From NCBI GenBank assembly GCA_947462685.1, contig CANHPL010000007.1, positions 1,152 through 65,151 of the forward strand: a stretch of 64,000 bases of DNA. Reading direction: 5' to 3'. Of this stretch, positions 20,588 through 30,931 are shown piece by piece (position 1 is the stretch's first letter; every line of letters begins with the position of its first letter). A model generated the notes under the pieces. It was not told where the DNA came from, searched no databases, and saw nothing but the letters and a program-made list of their open reading frames with translations. This DNA comes from Burkholderiaceae bacterium (lineage in GTDB: Bacteria; Pseudomonadota; Gammaproteobacteria; Burkholderiales; Burkholderiaceae). The position numbers were made by a program, and so were the translations under genes.

Positions 20588-22228
20588 TTAAACTTTTACT
20601 GCCTTTTCTTTTACGTAGCTACCGGGAGCTGGCTCAATAACCTTGAACTTCAAACTACCTAATTGGGTTTTGGCTTTAAACTTCTTGCCACTTTGAGATG
20701 CCAACCACAGCACGTAATCTGGCCACCAACTCCCATCAACTAAATTAGCAGCTGAATACCAATCCTGAGCTTCCTTAGGAAGTTTGTTGGAGGTCCAATA
20801 ATTACGCTTTTTCTTATGGGGTGGATTGATGACGCCTGCAATATGACCTGAGGCTCCAAGCACAAAGCGTTTTGGACCTTTAAGAATTTGCGTAGAATTA
20901 TATGCAGACTTCCAAGGGACAATATGATCTTCACGGGATGCATAAATATACGAGGGGCAAGTTATTTTTGACAAATCTACTGGTGTGGAACACATCGTTA
21001 AGCAATTTGGTTTTTTGAGTTCGTTATTCAGGTACATGTGTCGTAAATAATAAGAGTACATAGGACCTGGTAAGTTGGTTGAATCAACATTCCAAAACAA
21101 CAAGTCAAAGCTTGGTGGGCTTTTACCTAACAAGTAATTAGATACGACGTAATTCCAGACCAAATCATTCGGTCTTAAAAAGGAGAACGTATTGGCTAAT
21201 TCAGTACCACTGAGAAGTCCAAATTTACCATTTTTTCCACCTAAAGTATTTTCTCGATTTTCAACCATAGCTTCATCAACAAAAACATCCAACATGCCAG
21301 TATCAGAAAAGTCTAAAAATGAAGTTAAAAGAGTTAAGCTTGCAATTGGATGAAGGTCTTTTGCCGCCAAAATCGCAAGGGCACAGGCAACAAGCGTGCC
21401 GCCGACGCAAAATCCTAAAATATTAATCTGGGCTTGTTTCGAGATTTCAATACATACCCGAATGGCTTCAATCACCCCAAGTCCAACATAGTCATCCCAA
21501 GTGACTTGGACCATGGATTGATCTGGGTTTTTCCATGAAACCATGTACACCGTAAAACCTTGGCTTAATAAGTATTGAACAAGAGAACTTTGAGGCTGCA
21601 AATCAAGTATGTAATATTTATTAATGCAAGGTGGCACCATCAATAAGGGTTTTTCATAAACCATCTCTGTACTTGGCTTATATTGAATCAATTGAAATAA
21701 TTGATTTTGGTAAATAATTGCCCCTTCAGTAGTGGCGATGTTTTTTCCAATTTCAAATGCGCTGGTATCGGTTTGAGAAATTTTCCCTAGTTGTAAATCA
21801 GCGAATAGATTTTTTAATCCATTCGTAAATGATTGGCCATTAGAATTGATTAATTCTTGTATGGCTTCTGGATTAGTCGCCAAGAAATTCGTTGGGGCCA
21901 TCGATGAAATCACTTGCTCTGTAGCAAAGATGATGCGATGTTTAATTTTTATATCTGCTTCTACTGCATTTGCTAATGCCGTCAAATGCTGTGAGTTTAT
22001 CAAATACATCTGGTAAATAAATGATGAAAGACCTTCATGCCAAATCTGTGATTGAAAGCGGGGATCTTCTATTAACTTATCCGGTTTACCTGTCAATAAT
22101 TGATATATATCTGTTGCATATTTCTGCTCAATTTCAGATAACTTTTCTGGTGGGATTAAAGCCATATCCATTGCGGAAAGTTTTGGAGAATTAAACCCTC
22201 CACCAAATGGAAATGCATGATTATTCAA
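20588..22228 (-). CDS. phaC: Class I poly(R)-hydroxyalkanoate synthase
   Basis: 546 aa with lipase-box-like GFCVGGT (catalytic Cys) and conserved VNPPHKKKR / YW region. In phaC-phaB-phaR context. Confidence 0.92.
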   Translation of the reverse strand: MNNHAFPFGGGFNSPKLSAMDMALIPPEKLSEIEQKYATDIYQLLTGKPDKLIEDPRFQSQIWHEGLSSFIYQMYLINSQHLTALANAVEADIKIKHRIIFATEQVISSMAPTNFLATNPEAIQELINSNGQSFTNGLKNLFADLQLGKISQTDTSAFEIGKNIATTEGAIIYQNQLFQLIQYKPSTEMVYEKPLLMVPPCINKYYILDLQPQSSLVQYLLSQGFTVYMVSWKNPDQSMVQVTWDDYVGLGVIEAIRVCIEISKQAQINILGFCVGGTLVACALAILAAKDLHPIASLTLLTSFLDFSDTGMLDVFVDEAMVENRENTLGGKNGKFGLLSGTELANTFSFLRPNDLVWNYVVSNYLLGKSPPSFDLLFWNVDSTNLPGPMYSYYLRHMYLNNELKKPNCLTMCSTPVDLSKITCPSYIYASREDHIVPWKSAYNSTQILKGPKRFVLGASGHIAGVINPPHKKKRNYWTSNKLPKEAQDWYSAANLVDGSWWPDYVLWLASQSGKKFKAKTQLGSLKFKVIEPAPGSYVKEKAVKV

Positions 22229-22333
22229 AAAAAACCTTCAAAAAATTAAATAGCAACTATAAGATAACAATTTATTCTTAAAGTTCAAAAATAGTTATCA
22301 GCGCAAACCCTATAACCCCACTTATAAAAATAA

Positions 22334-23116
22334 CTAAGATTTCCATAAAAAACTAGCGAAGCGACCTGTTTTCCCTTCTCTACGATAAGAATAAAATAAA
22401 TCAGAATGCTCAAAACAACAGACTTCTTCAGAAAAAATTCTTTCAATACCAACAGTATTTAGTTGGTATTTAGCAATATTAAATAGGTTTGCAAAATATT
22501 TATGCCTCAAATGAGTTGGCGCAAAATACAAATCCATTTGAGATGTAGGTAAGATTTGTGAAAACGCGTCAAAAACATCTACCCCAACTTCAAAATGACG
22601 GGGGCCAATGGCTGGGCCTAAATAAACGTTGATCTCCGACATATATCGTTTTGCATGATCAGGCTGTTTTTTGAGGATCATTTCATCTAGTGTTTTCTGA
22701 ATCACTCCCAAGGCTAAACCTCTCCAACCAGCATGACAAATACCTAAAACATCACCCTTCTCATCACAAAATAAAATAGGCATACAATCAGCTGTCATAA
22801 CCGTTAGAACTTGATTAGACTGCTGTGCAACAGCACCATCTGCTTCAAAACTAGACTGGGTATTTGACCATATCTGCACTCCATGAACTTGGTTAAGCCA
22901 AATGGGTTGTGAAGGCAAGATTTGTTGTAAGAGTTCGCGATTTTGCTCAACATGAATCATTTGATCTCCTACATGTTTGCCCATATTAAGAGAATCATAA
23001 GGTGCTTGACTCAAGCCACCTTTACGCGTCGAAACAATAGCGTGCACATGACCTGGGACTTCCCAATTAGGCATTAATATATCTAAACCATGATTGGTGG
23101 TGATTAAGTTCATCAA
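22334..23116 (-). CDS. pgeF: Peptidoglycan editing factor PgeF (YfiH / polyphenol-oxidase-like family)
   Basis: 260 aa with TADCMPILF and CHAGWRG motifs. Downstream of rluD with a 4-nt overlap, as in E. coli rluD-yfiH. Confidence 0.88.
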   Translation of the reverse strand: MMNLITTNHGLDILMPNWEVPGHVHAIVSTRKGGLSQAPYDSLNMGKHVGDQMIHVEQNRELLQQILPSQPIWLNQVHGVQIWSNTQSSFEADGAVAQQSNQVLTVMTADCMPILFCDEKGDVLGICHAGWRGLALGVIQKTLDEMILKKQPDHAKRYMSEINVYLGPAIGPRHFEVGVDVFDAFSQILPTSQMDLYFAPTHLRHKYFANLFNIAKYQLNTVGIERIFSEEVCCFEHSDLFYSYRREGKTGRFASFLWKS

Positions 23117-24186
23117 TCAAAAACCTTTTCCCATGCTGTACGTGGAATATTTAAAAAATCTAAGGTTTGGACAAAAGCACTCGGCGGCTCTACATGTAAT
23201 CTAATAGGTTCTTTAGTTTTGGGATGCTCAAGACCTAATAAACCCGCATGTAAAAATTGTCCCGGAAATTGAATAGCATGATCCAAGAGTTGATTTTTCA
23301 AAACTAGGGCAGTTTGATGGGGAATTTTATTTTTATAAATAGGGTCATTGATTAAAGCATGTCCTAACGACTCCAAATGAACTCGAATTTGATGAGTTCT
23401 ACCTGTTTCTAATTCACAATACACCAAAGAAATGGGCTTATTCTCAAAAGAAGCGTGATAGAGCGTTGTCAAATGTGTACAAGCCTCTTTGCCCCCAGAA
23501 GCTTGCAAACTCATTCTTAATCGATCTTTGGAGTCTCGACCAATTGCGCCGTGAATGACTTTACTCAATGGCGTTTTACCCCAAACTAAAGCAATGTATT
23601 TGCGCTCCATACTACGACTTTGGAGTTGTTGTACCAAAGCATGTTGAGCTTCAAGAGTTTTAGCAATAACTAACAAACCAGAAGTGTCTTTATCTAACCG
23701 ATGCACAATTCCAGCTCTTGGAACCTCAGAGCATTCGGAAAAATGATGTAGCAATGCATTTAAAAGGGTTCCAGACCAATTACCTGCCGCTGGATGAACA
23801 ACCAAACCAAATGGCTTGTTTATCAAGGCAATTTCCTCATCTTCATAAAGGACCTGAAGTGGGAGGTCTTCTGCTTGATAAGCAGTATTTTGGGGATCGG
23901 AAGGTATAGATATCCTGACATGCTCCATCCCCATTGCATGATCTTTAGCTTGAATTTTTCGGTCACTGTCATAAACCAAACCTGCTTCAATCCACTGCTG
24001 AATCCTACTTCTTGAGTAAGTGGGTAAAACCTTAGCAATCGCTTTATCAATCCTTTCACCCCTTAATTCAATGGGTAAATCGAATTGAATCACTTGTAAA
24101 AGGGGAACTTCTTCCCCTACTTCTGCATCATCGATATAATTAGTGTATTCCATTATGCTCATGTAAGATGGGTGTTGGCTTTTCAA
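23113..24186 (-). CDS. rluD: 23S rRNA pseudouridine(1911/1915/1917) synthase RluD
   Basis: S4-like N-terminal domain, catalytic HRLDKDTSG and GRTHQIRVH motifs. Divergent from bamD. Confidence 0.92.
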   Translation of the reverse strand: MKSQHPSYMSIMEYTNYIDDAEVGEEVPLLQVIQFDLPIELRGERIDKAIAKVLPTYSRSRIQQWIEAGLVYDSDRKIQAKDHAMGMEHVRISIPSDPQNTAYQAEDLPLQVLYEDEEIALINKPFGLVVHPAAGNWSGTLLNALLHHFSECSEVPRAGIVHRLDKDTSGLLVIAKTLEAQHALVQQLQSRSMERKYIALVWGKTPLSKVIHGAIGRDSKDRLRMSLQASGGKEACTHLTTLYHASFENKPISLVYCELETGRTHQIRVHLESLGHALINDPIYKNKIPHQTALVLKNQLLDHAIQFPGQFLHAGLLGLEHPKTKEPIRLHVEPPSAFVQTLDFLNIPRTAWEKVFD

Positions 24187-24215
24187 CCATTTATTTTTAT
24201 TTTTTAGAGATTCAA

Positions 24216-25064
24216 TTGTTTACTAATTTATCTAGTTTAAAGCGTATACCAACATATTCATTATATTTATCACTCATTCTGCTAGTGGGAATGTTTTCAG
24301 GATGTGCGGGGAAAGACCTTGATGAAACCGCTGGTTGGTCTCAGAGTAAATTATTAGGCGAAGCAAAATCTGCTCTCAAAGATAATGACTATCCAAACTG
24401 CGTTAAATATTATGAAAAATTAGAAGCTAGATATCCTTTTGGACCACTTGCCGAACAAGCTCAAATTAATTCTGCGTATTGTAATTGGAAGCGTAATGAG
24501 CAAGAACTTGCCTTAGCCTCAATTAACCGCTTTATTCAACTTCATCCAGATCATCCAGATATCGATTATGCCTACTATCTCAAAGGCCTAATTACCTTTA
24601 ACGATAATTTAGGCTTTCTCGCTAAATTTTCTGGGCAAGACCTGAGCGAGAGAGATCCAAAGGCCTCAAAAGATGCTTATGAGGCTTTCAAAGTTCTCAC
24701 TGTAAGATACCCTAACAGCAAATATACTCCCGACGCACTTGATCGTATGCGCTATATCGTCAATGCCTTAGCGGAAAGTGATGTCAATGCGGCTCGTTAT
24801 TACTACCGTCGTGGTGCTTATGTAGCAGCTATCAATCGTTCTCAAACAGCCCTAAAAGACTACGACCGGGCCCCTGCAATTGAGGAAGCCCTTTACCTTA
24901 TGGTCAGGTCATATGAAGCTTTGGGCATGAAAGAATTAAGTGCTGATACCATGCGCATTTTTACTAGTAATTTTCCCAATAGTGAAATCTTTAAAACCGG
25001 AAAAAGACAGGCTGTCACTGCACAACAAGCTAAATGGTGGCAATTTTGGAACACTTCAAATTAA
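24216..25064 (+). CDS. bamD: Outer membrane protein assembly factor BamD (lipoprotein)
   Basis: TPR-like YfiO/BamD sequence with signal peptide and lipobox LVGMFSGC. The ORF-track start at 24168 would overlap rluD. An in-frame TTG at 24216 is my preferred start, but the start is uncertain. Confidence 0.85.
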   Translation: MFTNLSSLKRIPTYSLYLSLILLVGMFSGCAGKDLDETAGWSQSKLLGEAKSALKDNDYPNCVKYYEKLEARYPFGPLAEQAQINSAYCNWKRNEQELALASINRFIQLHPDHPDIDYAYYLKGLITFNDNLGFLAKFSGQDLSERDPKASKDAYEAFKVLTVRYPNSKYTPDALDRMRYIVNALAESDVNAARYYYRRGAYVAAINRSQTALKDYDRAPAIEEALYLMVRSYEALGMKELSADTMRIFTSNFPNSEIFKTGKRQAVTAQQAKWWQFWNTSN

Positions 25065-26188
25065 AGAATTTCTTGCTTGACACGGTTAGCTAGACCGCAC
25101 ATTAATTCATAACCCACTGTTTTTGCGGGAAAAGCCACATTATCAATAGGGTTGAGCTCTCCCCAAAGTTCAACTGGAGATCCTATCTGCGCGTACGATA
25201 CGTTCGAGACATCTACCATCATCATATCCATAGAAACCCTGCCTACTAATGGGGCAATCTGACCTTCGAGAATATGGCCAGTTTTACCAATCCAAACTGG
25301 AGTGTCATTCGGTGCACTTCTAGGATAACCATCCGCATAACCACAGGCTATCACCGCAATTTTAGTATTTTTCTTTGCCTGATACTGACTCCCGTAGCCA
25401 ACGGTATCACCTGCCTGAAGCTCTTGGAGTGCAATGATTTCAGATCGTAAATTCATACCAGCTTTTAATCCTAAATGAGCAATATCTTCATACTTACCTG
25501 AGGGTGATGCCCCATATAACATAATGCCTGGACGGGTCATATCGGCATGCGTGAAGAAATGCCCAATGATTGCCGCAGAATTTGCGGCACTTTTTAAACC
25601 TTCGGCGTACTGTGTAGCTTTACTAAAAATCTCCCATTGATCTTTTACAGAAGGTAATACTTGTAAATCGTCGGCATTAGCAAAGTGCGTTAAATGATGA
25701 ACCGTACATCCCATCTGCTTCAAAATTTCGTAACTAACGCCGTATTGAGCAGATTTAAAACCTAACCGATTCATACCTGAATTTAGTTTGAGCCATATCG
25801 GACAGTTAGTTAAAAACTGATTTACGTTTTGTAGGCTTTGTCTTCCTAACCATTGAATTAACCAAGTGACTTGCTGTTCATGATGAATTACTATTTCACA
25901 GGATAAATTGACTACATCATCCAAATCGTCCTCAGTAAAGATACCTTCTAATAATAAAACTCTTCCGATCCAACCGAGTTCTCTTGCCAACGTTGCGTGT
26001 TCCATATCTAAAAGTGCAATCCCCTCGCTATCTTGGAACGCCTTAAGAGCAGGCTTTAAACCGTGGCCATAAGCATTAGCTTTTACTACCGCCCATGTTG
26101 GAGTCAAATTGGTCATTTTTTTAACCTTAAAAAGGTTATGACTTAAATTCTGTGTCAAAATCGAGGCTTTAATAGGACGATGCTTCAT
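25061..26188 (-). CDS. alr: Alanine racemase
   Basis: PLP-lysine motif VVKANAYGHG and 375 aa length. Confidence 0.9.
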   Translation of the reverse strand: MKHRPIKASILTQNLSHNLFKVKKMTNLTPTWAVVKANAYGHGLKPALKAFQDSEGIALLDMEHATLARELGWIGRVLLLEGIFTEDDLDDVVNLSCEIVIHHEQQVTWLIQWLGRQSLQNVNQFLTNCPIWLKLNSGMNRLGFKSAQYGVSYEILKQMGCTVHHLTHFANADDLQVLPSVKDQWEIFSKATQYAEGLKSAANSAAIIGHFFTHADMTRPGIMLYGASPSGKYEDIAHLGLKAGMNLRSEIIALQELQAGDTVGYGSQYQAKKNTKIAVIACGYADGYPRSAPNDTPVWIGKTGHILEGQIAPLVGRVSMDMMMVDVSNVSYAQIGSPVELWGELNPIDNVAFPAKTVGYELMCGLANRVKQEIL

Positions 26189-26238
26189 ATTTAGTGAAAA
26201 TTTGGAAATTATTTAATGTTTAACTTATCATTGTACGA

Positions 26239-27564
26239 ATGAAACCAGGTTTTTATTCAATTATGGCAGCGCAATTTTTTTCTTCGCTTGCCGATAATGC
26301 ACTTCTCATTGCCGCCATATCATTATTGGTGCAGATCCAGTCACCCGAATGGATGACCCCTCTTCTCAAATTGTTTTTTGTATTATCCTACGTCTTACTC
26401 GCAGCATATGTAGGTGCTTTTGCTGATTCCCGCCCTAAAGGCCAAGTCATGTTTTTAACCAACACCATTAAGGTGGTGGGTTGTCTTACGATGCTAATGG
26501 GTCTTCATCCCCTATTAGCTTATGCCATTGTTGGCTTTGGTGCGGCAGCGTACTCACCAGCAAAATATGGTATTTTGACTGAATTATTACCACCAGAAAA
26601 ATTAGTTGCTGCCAACGGCTGGATCGAAGGTTTAACAGTTTGCTCGATTATTCTAGGAACGGTTCTTGGGGGGGTGCTCATTAGCCCCCATATTGCCCAA
26701 ACACTTTTGTTATTAGATTTTCCTTTAATTGATACACATATCGATACGCCCCCAGAATCAGCCATTGCGTTGATCGTTTTTCTGTACCTAATTGCTGCCT
26801 TAATCAATTTACGTATCCCTGAAACTGGGGTTGTTTATACCATTTCAACGAAAAACCCAATCAAACTGATTCAAGATTTTTCACACAATTTCACGACCCT
26901 TTGGAATGATCGCTTAGGACAAATTTCTTTAGCGGTAACTACATTATTTTGGGGTATTGGTGCAACCCTACAATTCATTATTCTCAAATGGGCTGAGGAT
27001 GCTCTCGATATGAGCTTATCCCAAGGAGCTATTTTGCAAGCCATTGTTGCGTTTGGTGTAGCAGGTGGTGCCATGTGGGCTGCCGCACGAGTTCCACTGA
27101 AAAACTCACTAGTGGTTCTCAAATACGGTGTCATTATGGGCTTTTTAGTTATCACCCTTGCCGCTTTTCAAAAGGAGCAATTTGGTGATCTCGTGGTTAA
27201 TTTCGGGATCATACAAGTTAAAGCACATTTATTATTTACTTATATCTTCTTAATTACCATCGGCTGGATGTCAGGCTATTTTGTTGTGCCAATGAACGCC
27301 CTTCTCCAACATCGTGGTCACGTACTCTTGTCTGCTGGTCATTCCATTGCGATACAAAATTTTAACGAGAATTTATCTGTACTATTAATGCTTGGCATCT
27401 ATTCATTACTGGTGTGGTTTGATTGGCCTATTCAAGTTGTGATTCTTTTATTTGGATGCTTCGTGATTGTTACCATGGCTCTAGTCATCTATAGGCATCA
27501 AAAAAATCAAGCACAATACGATTCTTTACATCTGATAGGTGAAGAAAAACACCCCCACCCTTAA
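26239..27564 (+). CDS. lplT: Lysophospholipid transporter LplT (MFS)
   Basis: 441 aa multi-pass hydrophobic protein. The N-terminus FFSSLADNALLIA is typical of LplT. Confidence 0.8.
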   Translation: MKPGFYSIMAAQFFSSLADNALLIAAISLLVQIQSPEWMTPLLKLFFVLSYVLLAAYVGAFADSRPKGQVMFLTNTIKVVGCLTMLMGLHPLLAYAIVGFGAAAYSPAKYGILTELLPPEKLVAANGWIEGLTVCSIILGTVLGGVLISPHIAQTLLLLDFPLIDTHIDTPPESAIALIVFLYLIAALINLRIPETGVVYTISTKNPIKLIQDFSHNFTTLWNDRLGQISLAVTTLFWGIGATLQFIILKWAEDALDMSLSQGAILQAIVAFGVAGGAMWAAARVPLKNSLVVLKYGVIMGFLVITLAAFQKEQFGDLVVNFGIIQVKAHLLFTYIFLITIGWMSGYFVVPMNALLQHRGHVLLSAGHSIAIQNFNENLSVLLMLGIYSLLVWFDWPIQVVILLFGCFVIVTMALVIYRHQKNQAQYDSLHLIGEEKHPHP

Positions 27565-28052
27565 GACATCGTATCTAAATATACATTTCTTGCAAAGATT
27601 AAATCTTCCCAAAGTTGCATTTTTTTCGATACAGATCCTTGAATCTGTTGGATTGAATAAGAAACAATCACAGGAATCTCGTCACGCCTCTTACTACTTG
27701 TTTCAAACAAAATCTCTCTTAAATCTTCAACCGAATTTGTTTCTCCAGAAAAGTATTGCCCAGGTACTTGTCCAAAACAAAATACTAAATCACCTTGAAT
27801 TTTCCCTGAATTTTTAGCATCTTGAAAAGCCAATAATTGCGTTTTGACTCCAAAATTTTGAATCACGATCTGAATATTTTTTGATAAGGATAAATGCATA
27901 TCATCTTCCTCAAAGATCAATGTCCAGACAGGAAATTCTTGAGTTGTCATCACATTCTCCAGTTGAGTTGAATTGAATGTTGGTGGCTTTGCAGTGGCCT
28001 TCGATTTCCAGGAACTAATACCCATTTCTTGTAATAGTATTACTCTATTCAT
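27561..28052 (-). CDS. Hypothetical protein with DNA polymerase III psi (HolD)-like terminal motifs
   Basis: 163 aa. The N-terminal LLQEMGISSW resembles E. coli HolD LQQLGITQW (from memory). The C-terminal KKMQLWEDLI resembles HolD ARAALWQQIC. It overlaps rimI by 8 nt, and holD and rimI are linked in E. coli. Confidence 0.35.
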   Translation of the reverse strand: MNRVILLQEMGISSWKSKATAKPPTFNSTQLENVMTTQEFPVWTLIFEEDDMHLSLSKNIQIVIQNFGVKTQLLAFQDAKNSGKIQGDLVFCFGQVPGQYFSGETNSVEDLREILFETSSKRRDEIPVIVSYSIQQIQGSVSKKMQLWEDLIFARNVYLDTMS

Positions 28053-28530
28053 TTAATTTCCTAAGGATTTTTTCCATAACCAATGCGTCTTCTCGTAAAA
28101 AAACATCATTACTTCCCATTGGATAATAATCTTTTCTGGAGCCAATCAGTAGATAACCCGATTTCTCGTACATTTTAATCGCCGACTCATTGCTGCGCCT
28201 GACCTCTAATAACATTTTCAAATAGTGGTGAGTAAAACCAATTTTTTCTATTGCAGATAAGACTCTTAATGCAATTTTCTGACGGCGAAAGTGAGGATGT
28301 ATAGTGATATTTAATAAATGTAATTCTTCAACCCCTGGCATCACGATACAGTAACCAACAATCTGGCTAGGTACATTTTCTTCGAATAATACATAATTCC
28401 AGTAATGATGTTCTAAGCAATCTATAAAGTTTTTTTCACTCCAAGGGTGGAGATGAGATGCAATTTCAATTTCATAAACTAGACTGATATCGATCTTTTC
28501 CATCACTCTAAATTGAAAATTAATATCCAT
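28045..28530 (-). CDS. rimI: Ribosomal-protein-alanine N-acetyltransferase RimI (GNAT)
   Basis: 161 aa GNAT with the acetyl-CoA motif RRQKIALRVL. Directly downstream of tsaB, which is conserved tsaB-rimI linkage. Confidence 0.85.
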   Translation of the reverse strand: MDINFQFRVMEKIDISLVYEIEIASHLHPWSEKNFIDCLEHHYWNYVLFEENVPSQIVGYCIVMPGVEELHLLNITIHPHFRRQKIALRVLSAIEKIGFTHHYLKMLLEVRRSNESAIKMYEKSGYLLIGSRKDYYPMGSNDVFLREDALVMEKILRKLNE

Positions 28531-28550
28531 GATGGTCGGTTAAATTAATG

Positions 28551-29264
28551 TTAGTCGGACAAACGTTGCGCGATGGTTAAAGCAACTTGATCCCTTATAT
28601 ATAAGGGCTGACAATCGCTTGGTAAAAATATATCAGCACAATTTTTTAAAGAGGCTAAATAGGCAATACCCAAAGCATGCGGACTTGCGGGAATGAAATG
28701 TATACCTTGTTTTAAGGAGCCATCTTCAATGTAGGATTGCATATCGTAAGCATATTGAACTGTATGTTCATCAAAGTTTAATTCTTTTACATTTATCAGC
28801 TGAATCACTTGTTGGCGAACCAGTAATTGATGCTCGTCAATTACATATGAAGCACAGTAGGCTTGTTGCATCCGAGCATCCATTAAAACACGATAGGCTT
28901 GGGATTGCAAAATCTTGAAATTGGAAAAAAATAGTGCGTACGCAATCATGCCATCTAAACTTGGTATTGGAATTAAAGGTTTTTGCTGAGCGTATGCCAG
29001 ACCCTGAGCGACACCAAGGCCAAGACGAATACCAGTGAATGCTCCAGGACCTTGCGAGACTGCTAAAGCACTGATTTCATTCCATGTGATTTTTGCTTCA
29101 AGCATGAGGTCATGAATCCACGGCAAAAGAACTTGACTTGCCGAATTGCCTACTTTTTCATGACGAATGAGATAAGTCTTATTTGAAAAATAAATTGCCA
29201 CCGAACACCACTGGGTAGAGGTATCGATGGCAAGGATTGGCATTCTTTCGAATCCAATATTCAA
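28551..29264 (-). CDS. tsaB: tRNA N6-threonylcarbamoyladenosine biosynthesis protein TsaB
   Basis: 237 aa with N-terminal ILAIDTST and SQGPGAFTGIRLG motifs of TsaB/YeaZ. Confidence 0.9.
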   Translation of the reverse strand: MNIGFERMPILAIDTSTQWCSVAIYFSNKTYLIRHEKVGNSASQVLLPWIHDLMLEAKITWNEISALAVSQGPGAFTGIRLGLGVAQGLAYAQQKPLIPIPSLDGMIAYALFFSNFKILQSQAYRVLMDARMQQAYCASYVIDEHQLLVRQQVIQLINVKELNFDEHTVQYAYDMQSYIEDGSLKQGIHFIPASPHALGIAYLASLKNCADIFLPSDCQPLYIRDQVALTIAQRLSD

Positions 29265-29269
29265 ATCAA

Positions 29270-30847
29270 TTAAATTTCTTCATACAACGGTAAAGTTAAG
29301 AACTCTTCAAAGCTCTCACCCGTAGACATTTGGTCAAATATTTCAGCAGCGCGATTCCAATGACCAACGGCTCCTGAATTACTAACTTTAACCAACTCTT
29401 CTTTAATGAAGCCTTTGACCATTTCAGCTGTCACTTTACGACCATCATCTAATACACCTTTTGGTGAACGAATCCATTGCCATACTTGTGAACGGCTAAT
29501 TTCAGCAGTAGCAGCATCTTCCATCAAATTATGAATCGGTACGCAACCATTACCAGCCAACCATGCACCTAAATAATGAATACCTACATTAATATTCATT
29601 CTTAAACCTGCTTCGGTGATTGGTGTTTCCGGTTGAAAGTTTAATAAGTCAGCACCTTTAACTTGAACTTCAGGCTTTTGTTTTTCAAATTGATTCAGTT
29701 TATCGCCAAGCACTTTTTTAAACTCAATCATTGCTGGCTCAACCAAGCCTGGGTGTGCAACCCAACCACCATCATAGCCATCTTCCGCATCGCGTTTCTT
29801 ATCTGCAATAATTCCGGCCATTGCAATAGCATTCTTTTCTGGATCATTTTTAATTGGAATTAACGCACTCATTCCGCCAATTGCAGGTGCCCCACGATGG
29901 TGACAAGTTTTCAACAAGAGTAAGGCATAGGAGCGCATAAATGGTGCCGTCATCGTCACTTTGGCACGATCAGCTAAGCAGAAATTCTTATCAACCTTGA
30001 ATTTTTTAATACAAGAGAAGATGTAATCCCAGCGTCCCGCATTCAAACCAGCACTGTGATCACGTAACTCGTAAAGAATTTCATCCATCTCAAAAGCAGC
30101 AAGAATTGTCTCGATCAGAACAGTAGCCTTAATAGTTCCATGCGGTAAGCCTAATTCATTTTGCGCCATTACAAAAACATCATTCCACAGACGTGCCTCT
30201 AAATGACTCTCCATTTTAGGAAGATAAAAGTAAGGGCCTGCACCACGAGCTAACAATTCCCGTGCGTTATGAACTACAAATAAGGCAAAATCAAAAATAC
30301 CTCCAGAAACACGCTTACCATCGATCGTTACATGCTTTTCATCTAAATGCCAACCTCTTGGTCGAACTTGCAATACAGCAATCTTGTCATTTAAAGCATA
30401 AGTTTTACCGTTCTGCTCAAAGCGCAATTCATGTTTAATCGCACTTCTTAAATTAATTTGACCTTGAATTTGATTATTCCAGTTAGGGCTATTAGAGTCC
30501 TCAAAATCGGTCATGTAAGAGTCTGCACCGGAGTTGAAGGCATTAATCACCATCTTGGCATCCACCGGACCCGTAATTTCAACACGACGGCAATATAAGG
30601 CCTCTGGAATGGGAGCAATTTTCCAATCGGCGTCACGAATCGCTTTTGTTTCTGGCAAAAAGTCAGGAATTTCACCCGCATCTAAACGCTTGGTTCTTTC
30701 AGCACGTGCTTGTAAAAGCTCTTGACGGCGTGGCTCAAACGTACGATGAAGTTTGGCTACTAAAGCTAGCGCTTCAGTTGTTAATACTGTCGCAAAATCT
30801 GGGGGAATTTCAGCATGAATTTCCATACCTTGTGGCAAATTAGACAT
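29270..30847 (-). CDS. aceB: Malate synthase A
   Basis: 525 aa with conserved LPKMESHLEARLWNDVF, GLNAGRWDYIFS and EDAATAEISRSQ blocks. Confidence 0.95.
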   Translation of the reverse strand: MSNLPQGMEIHAEIPPDFATVLTTEALALVAKLHRTFEPRRQELLQARAERTKRLDAGEIPDFLPETKAIRDADWKIAPIPEALYCRRVEITGPVDAKMVINAFNSGADSYMTDFEDSNSPNWNNQIQGQINLRSAIKHELRFEQNGKTYALNDKIAVLQVRPRGWHLDEKHVTIDGKRVSGGIFDFALFVVHNARELLARGAGPYFYLPKMESHLEARLWNDVFVMAQNELGLPHGTIKATVLIETILAAFEMDEILYELRDHSAGLNAGRWDYIFSCIKKFKVDKNFCLADRAKVTMTAPFMRSYALLLLKTCHHRGAPAIGGMSALIPIKNDPEKNAIAMAGIIADKKRDAEDGYDGGWVAHPGLVEPAMIEFKKVLGDKLNQFEKQKPEVQVKGADLLNFQPETPITEAGLRMNINVGIHYLGAWLAGNGCVPIHNLMEDAATAEISRSQVWQWIRSPKGVLDDGRKVTAEMVKGFIKEELVKVSNSGAVGHWNRAAEIFDQMSTGESFEEFLTLPLYEEI

Positions 30848-30931
30848 TCTCTCTCCTGGGAATCAAATTAAAGAATAATGTTCAATTATGCCAAAAAGTC
30901 TTAGCAAAAGATAAAAATAGCAATGCTACTT

